A DNA stretch of 64,000 bases from an uncultured Chloroflexia bacterium (GTDB lineage Bacteria > Chloroflexota > Limnocylindria > Limnocylindrales > CSP1-4): assembly GCA_963813335.1 (NCBI GenBank), contig CAWEYL010000001.1, forward strand, positions 448,001 to 512,000, written 5' to 3'. The notes under the pieces are model-generated. The model ran no database searches, was not told where the DNA came from, and saw only the letters and a program-made list of their open reading frames with translations. This document shows, one piece after another, positions 18,277 to 30,095 of this stretch. A program made the position numbers and the translations under genes. The stretch's first letter is position 1. Each line of letters opens with the position of its first letter.

Positions 18277-19518
18277 ATGGTGGAACGGGAAGCGGTCCTC
18301 GTCGGCATCGACGTCGGCACCAGCAAGGTGTGCGCGCTCATCGGCGAGGTGAGCCGCGACGGCCGGCTGACGATCATGGGCCACGGCACCGTTCCCGCGT
18401 CCGGCCTCAAGAAGGGCGTCGTCATCAACATCGACCAGACCATCCGCTCCATCGCGGACGCCGTCGAGCGGGCGGAGCGCCTGTCGGGCTGGAAGATCGA
18501 CCGCGCCTTCGTCGGCGTCGGCGGCCAGCACGTCGAGAGCATCAACTCGCCCGGCCAGGTCGCGGTCACCGCGCACCATCGCGAGGTCACCCGCGAGGAC
18601 GTCAACCGCGCCATCGAGGTCGCCCGCGCGGTCTCGATCCCGTCGAACCGCGAGGTGCTCCACGTCGAGCGCCGCGGCTTCACGGTCGACGGCCAGGAGG
18701 GCGTGAAGGACCCGCTCGGGATGAGCGCGCTGCGGCTCGAGGTCGAGACCCACATCGTCACCGCGTCCGCCACCGCGGTCCAGAACCTGACCAAGTGCGT
18801 GTCGGCGGCCGGGGTCAAGATCGACGAGCTCGTCGCCGATTCGCTGGCGTCGGCGGAGGCCGTGCTGTCCGAGACCGAGAAGGAGCTGGGCGTCGCGGTC
18901 GCCGACATCGGCGCCGGCACGATCGATCTCGCGCTCTTCCAGGAAGGCTCGCCCTTCCACACGCGCGTCCTCCCGGTGGGCGGCAACAACGTGACCAACG
19001 ACGTCGCCATCGGGCTCAAGACCAGCCTCCAGGTCGCCGAAGAGCTGAAGATCCGCCACGGCACCGCCGACCTGCGCGCGGTCGAGGACGCCGACGACGA
19101 GGAGATCAGCGTCTCGGTCCTCGGCGAGGACGCCGGGCGCACGGTCAGCCGGCTCGAGGTCTGCCAGATCATCGAGGCGCGGATGCGCGAGACCTTCGAG
19201 CTGCTCGGCAACGAGATCCGCGCCGCGGGCGTCGGGATGCTCCCGGCCGGGGTGATCCTGACCGGCGGCGCAGCGCAGCTCGCCGGAGCCGCGGAGCTCG
19301 GCCGCAGCGTCCTCCAGATGCCGGTCCGGGTCGCCGCCCCGGCGGGCATCGCCGGGCTCGTGGACACCCTCCTCAACCCGTCCTACAGCACAGCCGTCGG
19401 ACTGCTCCAGTGGGGCGCCATCAGCCTGACCTCGGGCGAGCCGCTGCGCTACGAATCGGCGCCCGGCGGCGGCGGGCTCGGCCGCGTCCGCGACGCCCTT
19501 CGGAGCATCTTCCCGTAA
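18277..19518 (+). CDS. ftsA: Cell division protein FtsA
   Basis: GIDVGTSK, DIGAGT, GGNNVTND, LTGG, C-terminal amphipathic helix. Confidence 0.97.
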   Translation: MVEREAVLVGIDVGTSKVCALIGEVSRDGRLTIMGHGTVPASGLKKGVVINIDQTIRSIADAVERAERLSGWKIDRAFVGVGGQHVESINSPGQVAVTAHHREVTREDVNRAIEVARAVSIPSNREVLHVERRGFTVDGQEGVKDPLGMSALRLEVETHIVTASATAVQNLTKCVSAAGVKIDELVADSLASAEAVLSETEKELGVAVADIGAGTIDLALFQEGSPFHTRVLPVGGNNVTNDVAIGLKTSLQVAEELKIRHGTADLRAVEDADDEEISVSVLGEDAGRTVSRLEVCQIIEARMRETFELLGNEIRAAGVGMLPAGVILTGGAAQLAGAAELGRSVLQMPVRVAAPAGIAGLVDTLLNPSYSTAVGLLQWGAISLTSGEPLRYESAPGGGGLGRVRDALRSIFP

Positions 19519-19922
19519 GGACCCGCGAGCTCACGGTCCGGACCGGGTCGCGGCCCGGGCTGACGGACCTGACCCGCGAGTGCGCCGCGTTCGTCGCCGA
19601 CGCCGGCGACGGCCTGCTCTCGGTCTTCGTGCCCCACGCCACGGCGGCGGTGGTGATCATCGAGGTCGGGGCGGGCTCCGACGACGACCTGCTCGCGGCC
19701 CTGGAGCGCCTCCTCCCGCACGACGAGTCGCTGTACCGGCACCGCCACGGGTCGGCGGGCCACGGCGCCGACCACGTCCTGCCCCTGCTGGCCTCGCCGT
19801 CGGTCACGGTGCCGGTGGCCGGCGGTCGGCTGGGTCTGGGCACCTGGCAGTCGATCTGCCTGCTCGACCCCAACGCCGACAACACGACACGGACCGTCCG
19901 GCTCAGCTTCCTGACCGGCTGA
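19515..19922 (+). CDS. YjbQ/UPF0047 family protein without a canonical start codon
   Basis: FVPHATAA, YRHRHG..GADH, LGTWQSI. The expected start position reads GTA. Confidence 0.85.
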   Translation, partial: VRTRELTVRTGSRPGLTDLTRECAAFVADAGDGLLSVFVPHATAAVVIIEVGAGSDDDLLAALERLLPHDESLYRHRHGSAGHGADHVLPLLASPSVTVPVAGGRLGLGTWQSICLLDPNADNTTRTVRLSFLTG

Positions 19923-19996
19923 GCGGCACGCCGGCACGTCCGGTGCGCCACCGCACCGCAAGCGCGCCGCCACGCGTCGCGCCGCCATCTCGAGGC

Positions 19997-20042
19997 TTGT
20001 CGGCTTCGACGGGGTCGGCGCTATACTCCGGGCTTATCCACA
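19997..20042 (+). promoter_or_regulatory. ftsZ promoter with DnaA box
   Basis: TATACT 20022-20027, possible -35 TTGTCG at 19997 (long spacer), perfect TTATCCACA 20034-20042. Confidence 0.7.
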
Positions 20043-20126
20043 GGACCGCGGCTCTGCCCCAGGAGCTCCAAGGTCCGGCCGAGACGACGCATCGACGCCT
20101 GCCGAGGGGCGTCTGGAGGATGACCG

Positions 20127-21356
20127 ATGACGTTGCGTTCCGACTCCGAGAACTTCGCGCTGATCCGCGTCATCGGGGTCGGGGGCGGTGGCAGCAACGC
20201 GGTCAACCGGATGATCCGGGCCGAGATGATGGGCGTCGAGTTCATCGCCTGCAACACCGATTCGCAGGCGCTCCTCCAGTCCGATGCGCCGCACAAGATC
20301 CGCATCGGCGACAAGGTCACCCGCGGGCTCGGCGCCGGCGGCGACTCGTCGATCGGGCAGCGCTCGGCGGAGGAGGACTCGGAGAAGATCGCCCAGGCGC
20401 TCGCCGACTCGGACATGGTCTTCATCACCGCGGGGCTCGGCGGTGGGACGGGGTCCGGCGCCGCACCGGTCGTCGCGCAGATCGCCAAGGAGGGCGGTGC
20501 CCTCACCATCGGCGTCGTCACCAAGCCGTTCGCGTTCGAGGGCAACAAGCGCAAGCTGGTCGCCGAGAAGGCGGCCGAGGAGCTCAAGAGCCAGGTCGAC
20601 GCGCTGATCACCATCCCCAACGACCGGCTCAAGGACGTCGTCCAGAAGAACACCAGCATCCTCGATGCCTTCCGCGTCGTCGACGACGTGCTCCGCCAGG
20701 GCGTCCAGGGCATCAGCGACATCATCACCGTGCCCGGGCTCATCAACCAGGACTTCGCCGACGTCCGCGCGATCATGAAGGACGCGGGCTCCGCGCTCAT
20801 GGGCATCGGCCGAGCGAGCGGCGAGAACCGCGCCGTCGAGGCCGCCCGGATGGCCATCGCCAGTCCGCTGCTCGAACTCGACATCAATGGCGCGCAGGGC
20901 ATCCTCTGGAACATCACCGGCTCCTCGAACCTGTCGCTCTTCGAGGTCCAGGAGGCGGCCGAGGCGATCAAGGAGGCCGCCGACCCGGAGGCCAATATCA
21001 TCTTCGGCACCAGCTTCAACGAGCGGCTGGGCGAGGAGGTCATGGTCACCGTCATCGCGACCGGCTTCGACGGCGGCCGCAAGCGCCACTCGACCGCCCG
21101 CGAGGCGACCGGGGTCATGGACACGTCGGGGTCGATGCGCGCGCCGCGCGAGCGGGACTTCCTCGAGGAGCTCCAGCGCCAGCGCGACGAGATCCTCGAC
21201 GGCGCAGTCGAAAGCCTGTCGGTCCGCGAGCCCGAGGCGGCGGTGGTCTCGGCCACGCGCTCCGAGCGGTCGGTCGGCGAGCCGGCCCCCGCCAAGCGCG
21301 TCCCGACCTACGACGCGGACGACCTGGAGATCCCCAGCTTCCTCCGCCGGAAGTAG
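20127..21356 (+). CDS. ftsZ: Cell division protein FtsZ
   Basis: [20 protein letters not shown]-terminal DLEIPSFLR. Confidence 0.98.
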   Translation: MTLRSDSENFALIRVIGVGGGGSNAVNRMIRAEMMGVEFIACNTDSQALLQSDAPHKIRIGDKVTRGLGAGGDSSIGQRSAEEDSEKIAQALADSDMVFITAGLGGGTGSGAAPVVAQIAKEGGALTIGVVTKPFAFEGNKRKLVAEKAAEELKSQVDALITIPNDRLKDVVQKNTSILDAFRVVDDVLRQGVQGISDIITVPGLINQDFADVRAIMKDAGSALMGIGRASGENRAVEAARMAIASPLLELDINGAQGILWNITGSSNLSLFEVQEAAEAIKEAADPEANIIFGTSFNERLGEEVMVTVIATGFDGGRKRHSTAREATGVMDTSGSMRAPRERDFLEELQRQRDEILDGAVESLSVREPEAAVVSATRSERSVGEPAPAKRVPTYDADDLEIPSFLRRK

Positions 21357-21366
21357 CCGGCCGGTG

Positions 21367-22113
21367 GTGACGCCACCGGATCACGACCAGTTCGACGACC
21401 TGGCGGCCGCGCGGGCGCATGTCCTCGGGCGGATCCGCGCTGCCTGCGAGCGCGCGGGCCGCGACCCGTCCGCGGTGACCCTGGTCGCGGTCTCCAAGAC
21501 GGTGGACGCCGCGCGGCTGCGCGCCGCGGTCGCGGCCGGGTTCACGCTCCTCGGCGAGAACCGCGTGCAGGAAGGGGAGGCCAAGGCGCCCGCGGTCCCC
21601 GGCGCGTCGTGGCAGCTGGTCGGGCCGCTGCAGTCCAACAAGGCGCGGCGCGCGCTGGAGGTATTCGACTCGATCCAGACCGTGGACTCCGTCGCGCTCG
21701 CCGAGCGCCTGGACCGGCTGGCCGCCGAGGTCCGGCCCGGCGTGCGCTACCCGGTGCTCGTCCAGGTCAACGTCGATGCCGACCCGGCGAAGGCCGGCTT
21801 CGCGCCGGACGTGGTCGAGGCGGCGCTGCCAGCCCTGCTGGACCTGCCGAACCTCGAGGTCCGCGGCCTGATGACCGTCGGGCGGCTGGCGACCGATCCC
21901 GCCGACGCCCGGGCGACTTTCACGGGCCTTCGAGTGCTGGGGGAGGGGCTGCGGTCGCGCTGGCCGGCGCTCGGGCCGGAGCTGTCGATGGGCATGTCGG
22001 ACGACTTCGAGCTCGCGATCGAGGAGGGCGCCACGATCGTCCGGGTCGGCCGGGCCATCTTCGGCGAGCGGCCGCACCACCACGGGCCGGGCGAACCGGA
22101 GCATGCGCACTGA
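21367..22113 (+). CDS. yggS: PLP homeostasis protein YggS
   Basis: LVAVSK, GENRVQE, LQSNK, LSMGMSDDF, VRVGRAIFG. Confidence 0.95.
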   Translation: MTPPDHDQFDDLAAARAHVLGRIRAACERAGRDPSAVTLVAVSKTVDAARLRAAVAAGFTLLGENRVQEGEAKAPAVPGASWQLVGPLQSNKARRALEVFDSIQTVDSVALAERLDRLAAEVRPGVRYPVLVQVNVDADPAKAGFAPDVVEAALPALLDLPNLEVRGLMTVGRLATDPADARATFTGLRVLGEGLRSRWPALGPELSMGMSDDFELAIEEGATIVRVGRAIFGERPHHHGPGEPEHAH

Positions 22114-22177
22114 TACACTCGGGGCACCCCCAGCCGCCGCCCGGGCAGATGCCGGGCCCTCATCGCGTGTCGACCCC

Positions 22178-22459
22178 GTGAGCCATCCCGATGTCCGTTT
22201 CGCCGTCCGCCTGACCCCGCGCGCCGTGACCGACCGGGTCGACGGTGTCCTCGACGGCGTGCTGAAGGCAAGGGTGACCGCCCCGGCCGTGGAAGGCGCC
22301 GCGAATCACGCCCTGGTGCGGCTGCTGGCCGATGAGCTGGACGTCGCCCGCGAGGACATCCGCATCGTGGCTGGCGCCACCAGTCGCCAGAAGCTGATCG
22401 TCGTCTCCGGGGTCGACCCGGAGGCGATCGTTGCCCGTTGGCCCGGCCTGCGGGTATGA
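22178..22459 (+). CDS. DUF167/YggU family protein
   Basis: VRLTPRA, APAVEGAAN, GATSRQK. Confidence 0.88.
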   Translation: MSHPDVRFAVRLTPRAVTDRVDGVLDGVLKARVTAPAVEGAANHALVRLLADELDVAREDIRIVAGATSRQKLIVVSGVDPEAIVARWPGLRV

Positions 22460-22504
22460 TCGGCCGGTTCCCGTCGGGCGCCCGGTGCGGCGCCGCGACC
22501 CCTC

Positions 22505-22581
22505 GGGCGATTGGCTCAGTCGGTTAGAGCGCGCGGTTCACATCCGCGAGGTCACTGGTTCGAATCCAGTATCGCCCACCA
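22505..22581 (+). tRNA. tRNA-Val(CAC)
   Basis: Cloverleaf; anticodon arm CGCGG-TTCACAT-CCGCG; T-loop GTTCGAATC; encoded CCA. Confidence 0.96.
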
Positions 22582-22644
22582 CAACCTCGTGCCCGCCGAA
22601 GGCCGGTGCCAGCCCCGATGGTCGGGCTGGGTAGACTTGCGGAC

Positions 22645-24051
22645 ATGGACCCATCGGTCTCGGCGGAGCTCCTGGCCGCCCGCTCCCAGATGGCGTTCAC
22701 CCTCGGCTTCCACATCGTCCTCGCCTGCCTGGGTGTCGGGCTGCCGACGATCGTCCTGATCGCGAACGCCATCGGCCTTCGGCGCAGGGATCCGGCGGCG
22801 CTCCTGCTGGCGCGGCGATGGTCGACGGTGATGGCCGTGACCTTCGCCGTCGGTGCGGTGACTGGGACGGTGCTGTCGTTCGAGATGGGCTTGCTCTGGC
22901 CCGGCCTCATGGGCCGCTACGGCGGTGCCTTCGGCATCCCGTTCGCGGTCGAGGGGCTGTTCTTCTTCCTCGAGGCGATCTTCATCGCGATCTACATCTA
23001 CGGCTGGCGACGGCTCTCGCCGGGGCTCCACCTCCTGTCGGGCGTGCCGGTCGCGCTGGCGGGCATCGGCGGCACCTTCGCCGTCGTCGCGGCGAACAGC
23101 TGGATGAACACGCCGTCGGGCTTCGAGGTCGACGCCGCCGGCAAGGTCGTCGCGGTCGACCCGATCGGGGTCATCTTCAACCCGGCGACCTGGTACGAGG
23201 TCCCGCACATGTTCCTGGCCGCCTACATGGTCACGGGCTTCCTGCTCGCGTCCGTCTACGCTGTCGGGCTTCTCCGTGGGCGCACGGACCGGTACGTGCG
23301 CCTCGGGTTCGCGATCCCGTTCGTGATCGCGGCGATCGCGGCACCGGTCCAGGTCATGGTCGGCGACGTCGCCGCGCGCGGTGTGCTGGAGGATCAGCCC
23401 GCCAAGTTCGCCTCGATGGAGCTGATCGTCACGACCGGGCCCCATCAGCCCGAGATCATCGGCGGCGTCCTCGTCGACGGCCAGGTCGTCGGCGGCCTCG
23501 CCGTCCCGTCGCTCGCGTCACTCATCGCGGGCTTCTCACCCGACACCGTGATCACCGGGCTCGACGCGATCCCGGTCGACGAGCGTCCGCCGGCGACCAT
23601 CGTCCACCTCGCCTGGGATGCCATGGTCGGGACCGGGACCGCGCTGGTCGTCCTTGCCCTGTGGGGCCTGGTCAACCGGCTGCGCCGGCGCGACTACGCG
23701 ACAGCGCGCTGGTTCCTGCGGGCGTCGGCGCTCGCGGGGTTCGGGGCGATCCTCGCCCTCGAGGCTGGCTGGATCGTCACCGAGGTCGGGCGCCAGCCGT
23801 GGGTCGTGTACGGCTATCTCCGGACGGCCGACGCGGTCACGCACGCCTCGGGCGTCCGGATCACGTTCATCGGTGTCGTCGTCCTCTACTCGGCGCTCGG
23901 CGTCGCGACCCTGGTCGCCTTGTTCGCCCTCAAGCGGCGCTGGGCCGCCCAGGACGCGAGCGCCGACGGTGGCCGCGCGCTCGGCGGCCTGGGGCCTGAC
24001 GATCACATCCCGTATGGCCCGACCGAGCGCAGCGACGAGGGCCTCTCGTGA
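22645..24051 (+). CDS. cydA: Cytochrome bd oxidase subunit I (short Q-loop type)
   Basis: FHI, GAVTGT..FE, NSWMNTP, QPAKFASME, GWIVTEVGRQPW. Confidence 0.95.
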   Translation: MDPSVSAELLAARSQMAFTLGFHIVLACLGVGLPTIVLIANAIGLRRRDPAALLLARRWSTVMAVTFAVGAVTGTVLSFEMGLLWPGLMGRYGGAFGIPFAVEGLFFFLEAIFIAIYIYGWRRLSPGLHLLSGVPVALAGIGGTFAVVAANSWMNTPSGFEVDAAGKVVAVDPIGVIFNPATWYEVPHMFLAAYMVTGFLLASVYAVGLLRGRTDRYVRLGFAIPFVIAAIAAPVQVMVGDVAARGVLEDQPAKFASMELIVTTGPHQPEIIGGVLVDGQVVGGLAVPSLASLIAGFSPDTVITGLDAIPVDERPPATIVHLAWDAMVGTGTALVVLALWGLVNRLRRRDYATARWFLRASALAGFGAILALEAGWIVTEVGRQPWVVYGYLRTADAVTHASGVRITFIGVVVLYSALGVATLVALFALKRRWAAQDASADGGRALGGLGPDDHIPYGPTERSDEGLS

Positions 24052-25112
24052 CGGCCGTCCAGGCGACGGCGGTCGTCCTGTTGGCGGGCATCACGGCCTA
24101 CGCGGTGTTCGGCGGCGCCGACTTCGGGGCGGGCTTCTGGGACCTCGCCGCCGGCCGGGCGACCCCGGGGCTCAGGCCGCGCGCGCTGATCGCCGACGCG
24201 ATCGGCCCGGTCTGGGAAGCGAACCACACCTGGCTCATCTTCGACCTGGTGATCCTCTGGACGGCCTTCCCGCCGGCGTTCGCGGCGATCATGACGACCC
24301 TGTTCGTCCCGCTCTGCCTCGTGGCTTTCGGCATGGTCCTGCGCGGCGCGGCGTTCGCGTTCCGCCCGGTCGCGACGACGCTGCACGGCCGACAGGCGGC
24401 CGGGGCGGTATTTGCGATCTCGTCGGTGTTGACGCCATTCCTGCTCGGGACCGTGGCCGGCGCCATCGCCAGTGGTCGCGTCGTCGCCGCCGACGGGGCT
24501 GCCGTCGCGAGCGACCCGTGGACCACCTGGCTGAACCCGACCTCGGTGTTGCTGGGTGTGATGGCCGTCTCGGTCTGCGCCTACCTCGCGGCCGTCTTCC
24601 TCGTGGCCGATGCCCGGCGACGCTCGGACGACCACCTGGTGGGCTACTTCAGGCGTCGGGCGATCGCGGCAGCAGTGGTTGCCGGGGCCCTTGCCATCGG
24701 CGCCATCCCGGTGCTGGCCATCGATGCGCCGGTCCTCGCCGACGAGCTGACGACTCGGGGCTGGCCACTGGTCGTGGCGTCCGGACTGCTCGGGGCCGCG
24801 GCCCTCGCCCTGCTTTGGCGCGACCTGCCGCGCGGGACGCGCGCGTGTGCGGTCGGGGCGGTCGTCGCGGTGATCGCCGGCTGGGGCGTCGCCCAGTATC
24901 CGTACATCCTGCCGCCGACGATGACCTTCGCCGATGCAGCGGCACCGGCCGGTTCGCTCGACGCGCTGCTGGTCGTCTTCGTAGTCGCGGCGCTGGTCAT
25001 CGCACCGTCGCTTGGCCTGCTCTACGTCCTCGACCAGCGAGACCGGCTCAAGGCCCACGGAGTCGGAACCGACATCGACCGCGGACCGGTCAAGACGACG
25101 AAGTCAGCCTGA
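24048..25112 (+). CDS. cydB: Cytochrome bd oxidase subunit II
   Basis: GGADFGAG, PVWEANHTWLIF, AQYPY. Confidence 0.93.
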   Translation: MTAVQATAVVLLAGITAYAVFGGADFGAGFWDLAAGRATPGLRPRALIADAIGPVWEANHTWLIFDLVILWTAFPPAFAAIMTTLFVPLCLVAFGMVLRGAAFAFRPVATTLHGRQAAGAVFAISSVLTPFLLGTVAGAIASGRVVAADGAAVASDPWTTWLNPTSVLLGVMAVSVCAYLAAVFLVADARRRSDDHLVGYFRRRAIAAAVVAGALAIGAIPVLAIDAPVLADELTTRGWPLVVASGLLGAAALALLWRDLPRGTRACAVGAVVAVIAGWGVAQYPYILPPTMTFADAAAPAGSLDALLVVFVVAALVIAPSLGLLYVLDQRDRLKAHGVGTDIDRGPVKTTKSA

Positions 25113-25214
25113 TCCATTCGGCAGGTCGGCGAGGAACGCCTGATCGACGTTCCGACGGTCAGCCCCGATCGCCTCCGCTGACGCGGCGGTCGCGGCTGGG
25201 TCCAGAATGGGGGC

Positions 25215-26081
25215 GTGCCACGCTTGCAGACGCGACGCTTCGCGACGCCCGACGAGGTGCGAACGTTCATCCACGGTCATGCCGACGTCATCAGGCTCGA
25301 TGAGACCGCCGTGGGGCGCGCCAGCTACGAGCCAGGATGGCGCTGGACGACGGACATGCCCGGGATCGCCGGCACGCCGACCTGCCAGCTGCACCACCTC
25401 GGCTATTCGATCTCCGGGGCCATGCATGTCGTGATGGCCGATGGGCAGGAGATGGACATCGAAGCCGAGTCGGTCTACGAGATCCCGGCGGGTCACGACG
25501 CATGGGTCGTGGGCGAAACGCCGTGGGTCACCGTGGAGTGGACGAGCGCTCGGACATTCGGGGTCGCCCCCGAGGGCCCCGGAGAACGCGTCCTGGCGAC
25601 GGTCCTCTTCACCGACATCGTGGACTCGACGGCGACCATGGAACGGATCGGCGACGCCGCGTGGCGGGACCTCCTGTCGACCCACAACCGGGTCCTGCGC
25701 GAGGAGCTGAATGCCTTCCGGGGGCGTGAGGTCTCCACGACCGGTGACGGGTTCCTGGCCGTCTTCGACGGCGCCACGCGTGCCGTTCGCTGCGGCGCCG
25801 CGATGGCTCGATCTGCTGACGCCATCGGCCTCGCGATCCGCGTCGGACTCCATACGGGCGAGGTCGAGTTCATGGGTCCCGACGCGCGAGGCGTCGCCAT
25901 CCACACCGCCGCACGGGTCATGTCGCTCGCCGGGCCTGGGCAAGTGCTGATCTCGTCGACGACGAAGGACCTGCTCGAAGGCTCTGGCCTGGTCCTCGAC
26001 GATGTCGGAGCCCACGCGTTGAAGGGCCTGGCTGGGGAGCGCCACCTCTTCAGGTTGGCCGGCCCCGATGGCGCCCGCTAG
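25215..26081 (+). CDS. Cupin-domain / class III nucleotide cyclase fusion
   Basis: Cupin PGWRW..CQLHH..IPAGHDAWVVG; cyclase LFTDIVDST, TGDG, RVGLHTGE, AARVM. Confidence 0.88.
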   Translation: MPRLQTRRFATPDEVRTFIHGHADVIRLDETAVGRASYEPGWRWTTDMPGIAGTPTCQLHHLGYSISGAMHVVMADGQEMDIEAESVYEIPAGHDAWVVGETPWVTVEWTSARTFGVAPEGPGERVLATVLFTDIVDSTATMERIGDAAWRDLLSTHNRVLREELNAFRGREVSTTGDGFLAVFDGATRAVRCGAAMARSADAIGLAIRVGLHTGEVEFMGPDARGVAIHTAARVMSLAGPGQVLISSTTKDLLEGSGLVLDDVGAHALKGLAGERHLFRLAGPDGAR

Positions 26082-26589
26082 CTTGAGCCACCTGACGATC
26101 CGACCCGCCTACAGCCGCTGGCCGCATTACAACGAGCGCCTGCGCGACCGGGTGGCCTCGATGACCGAGGAACAGCTGGCGACCCAGCCATCGCCGGAGC
26201 GCTGGCCGCTCTGGGCGACGATCGGCCATCTCGCCTGCCAGCGCGTGTTCGGGTTGTGCGACATCGCCGGTGAGCCCGGCGCCGAGACCACCCCGTTCAC
26301 GAACGCGTCGTACGACTGCCCGGGCGACGACGACCTCGAGCACGTACTGAGTGCCGAGGCCCTCGTCGAGGCGCTCGACTCGACGTTCCGCATCATCGAG
26401 GGAGCGCTCGACCGCTGGACCCCGGACATGCTCGCCGAGACGGTCCGCCACCGGGAATGGGGAGACGACGAGGCGCAGACCCGCGGCGAGGTCATCCAGC
26501 GCTCCTTCGCCCATGACGTCTGGCACATCGCCGAGCTCAACGAGACGCTGTCGCGCGCCGGGTTGCCGCTCATCGACATCTGGGACTGA
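26068..26589 (+). CDS. DinB/YfiT-like four-helix protein
   Basis: IGHLA..R and C-terminal HDVWH..E metal-type motif. Confidence 0.8.
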   Translation: MAPASLSHLTIRPAYSRWPHYNERLRDRVASMTEEQLATQPSPERWPLWATIGHLACQRVFGLCDIAGEPGAETTPFTNASYDCPGDDDLEHVLSAEALVEALDSTFRIIEGALDRWTPDMLAETVRHREWGDDEAQTRGEVIQRSFAHDVWHIAELNETLSRAGLPLIDIWD

Positions 26590-26665
26590 GGATCTGTTCC
26601 GGGCGCGTCACGCCCCGGCCACCTGCCGCGTCTGAGGTTCGAACGCGGTCCTCCTCCCCGCGCAA

Positions 26666-26698
26666 GCGAAGCCCCCGGCCTCCCCCGGGGGCTTCGCG
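26666..26698. terminator. GC-rich hairpin after the DinB gene
   Basis: GCGAAGCCCCCGG-loop-CCGGGGGCTTCGC; no U-tract. Confidence 0.55.
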
Positions 26699-26825
26699 CT
26701 GGTCCGTGGGTTGCCGGGAGCGCGCAATCCGCGGTGGCCCGGTCTGCCGGGGTTCGGCCTAGGCCGCCAGCGCGCGGAACGCGACGATCGAGAGGCCTCG
26801 AATCTGCATCCGGAGTCTCCCGACG

Positions 26826-27167
26826 ATGGCCATCGCCGCACCCGCCCCCACCGATATCGGTCTGCTCGTCGCCCAGCAGGGCGCCGACGACGTCATCGAA
26901 AGCTACCGGGCGGGCACGCTCGGATCCGGCATGACGCGCGTCGTCGAGAACATGGTCAAGGTCTGTGACGCCACCGGCGCCGGGGCGCAGCAGGTCGCCG
27001 ACGACACCGTCCGCACCTGTCTCGAGCGCTGGAGCGACGCCACCGGGCACGGCGACGCCCACGCGGCCGCGCGCAACCTGATGCTGGCCTCCTGCACCCT
27101 GGCTGGATTCCGACTCCACTCCGAGGCGGCGTCGACCTCGAGCCGTCGCCGGCGCCTCAGCGCCTAG
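26826..27167 (+). CDS. Hypothetical protein (113 aa)
   Basis: RBS GGAG, GC3-rich codons, convergent on acnA. Confidence 0.65.
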   Translation: MAIAAPAPTDIGLLVAQQGADDVIESYRAGTLGSGMTRVVENMVKVCDATGAGAQQVADDTVRTCLERWSDATGHGDAHAAARNLMLASCTLAGFRLHSEAASTSSRRRRLSA

Positions 27168-27178
27168 CGCACCCGCCG

Positions 27179-30016
<2,838 letters not shown>

Positions 30017-30095
30017 CGCGCGCATCCTCACTGGCTCGTTACACTCGATGGGTGCAAGCGTACCGCGACCGTCCGACCATCGCGGCCGCCGGCCG

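Noticed and set aside
22505-27167. Possible genomic island integrated at tRNA-Val
   Set aside because: No integrase and no duplicated tRNA 3' end; only an 8-nt GGTTCGAA match near 26636.
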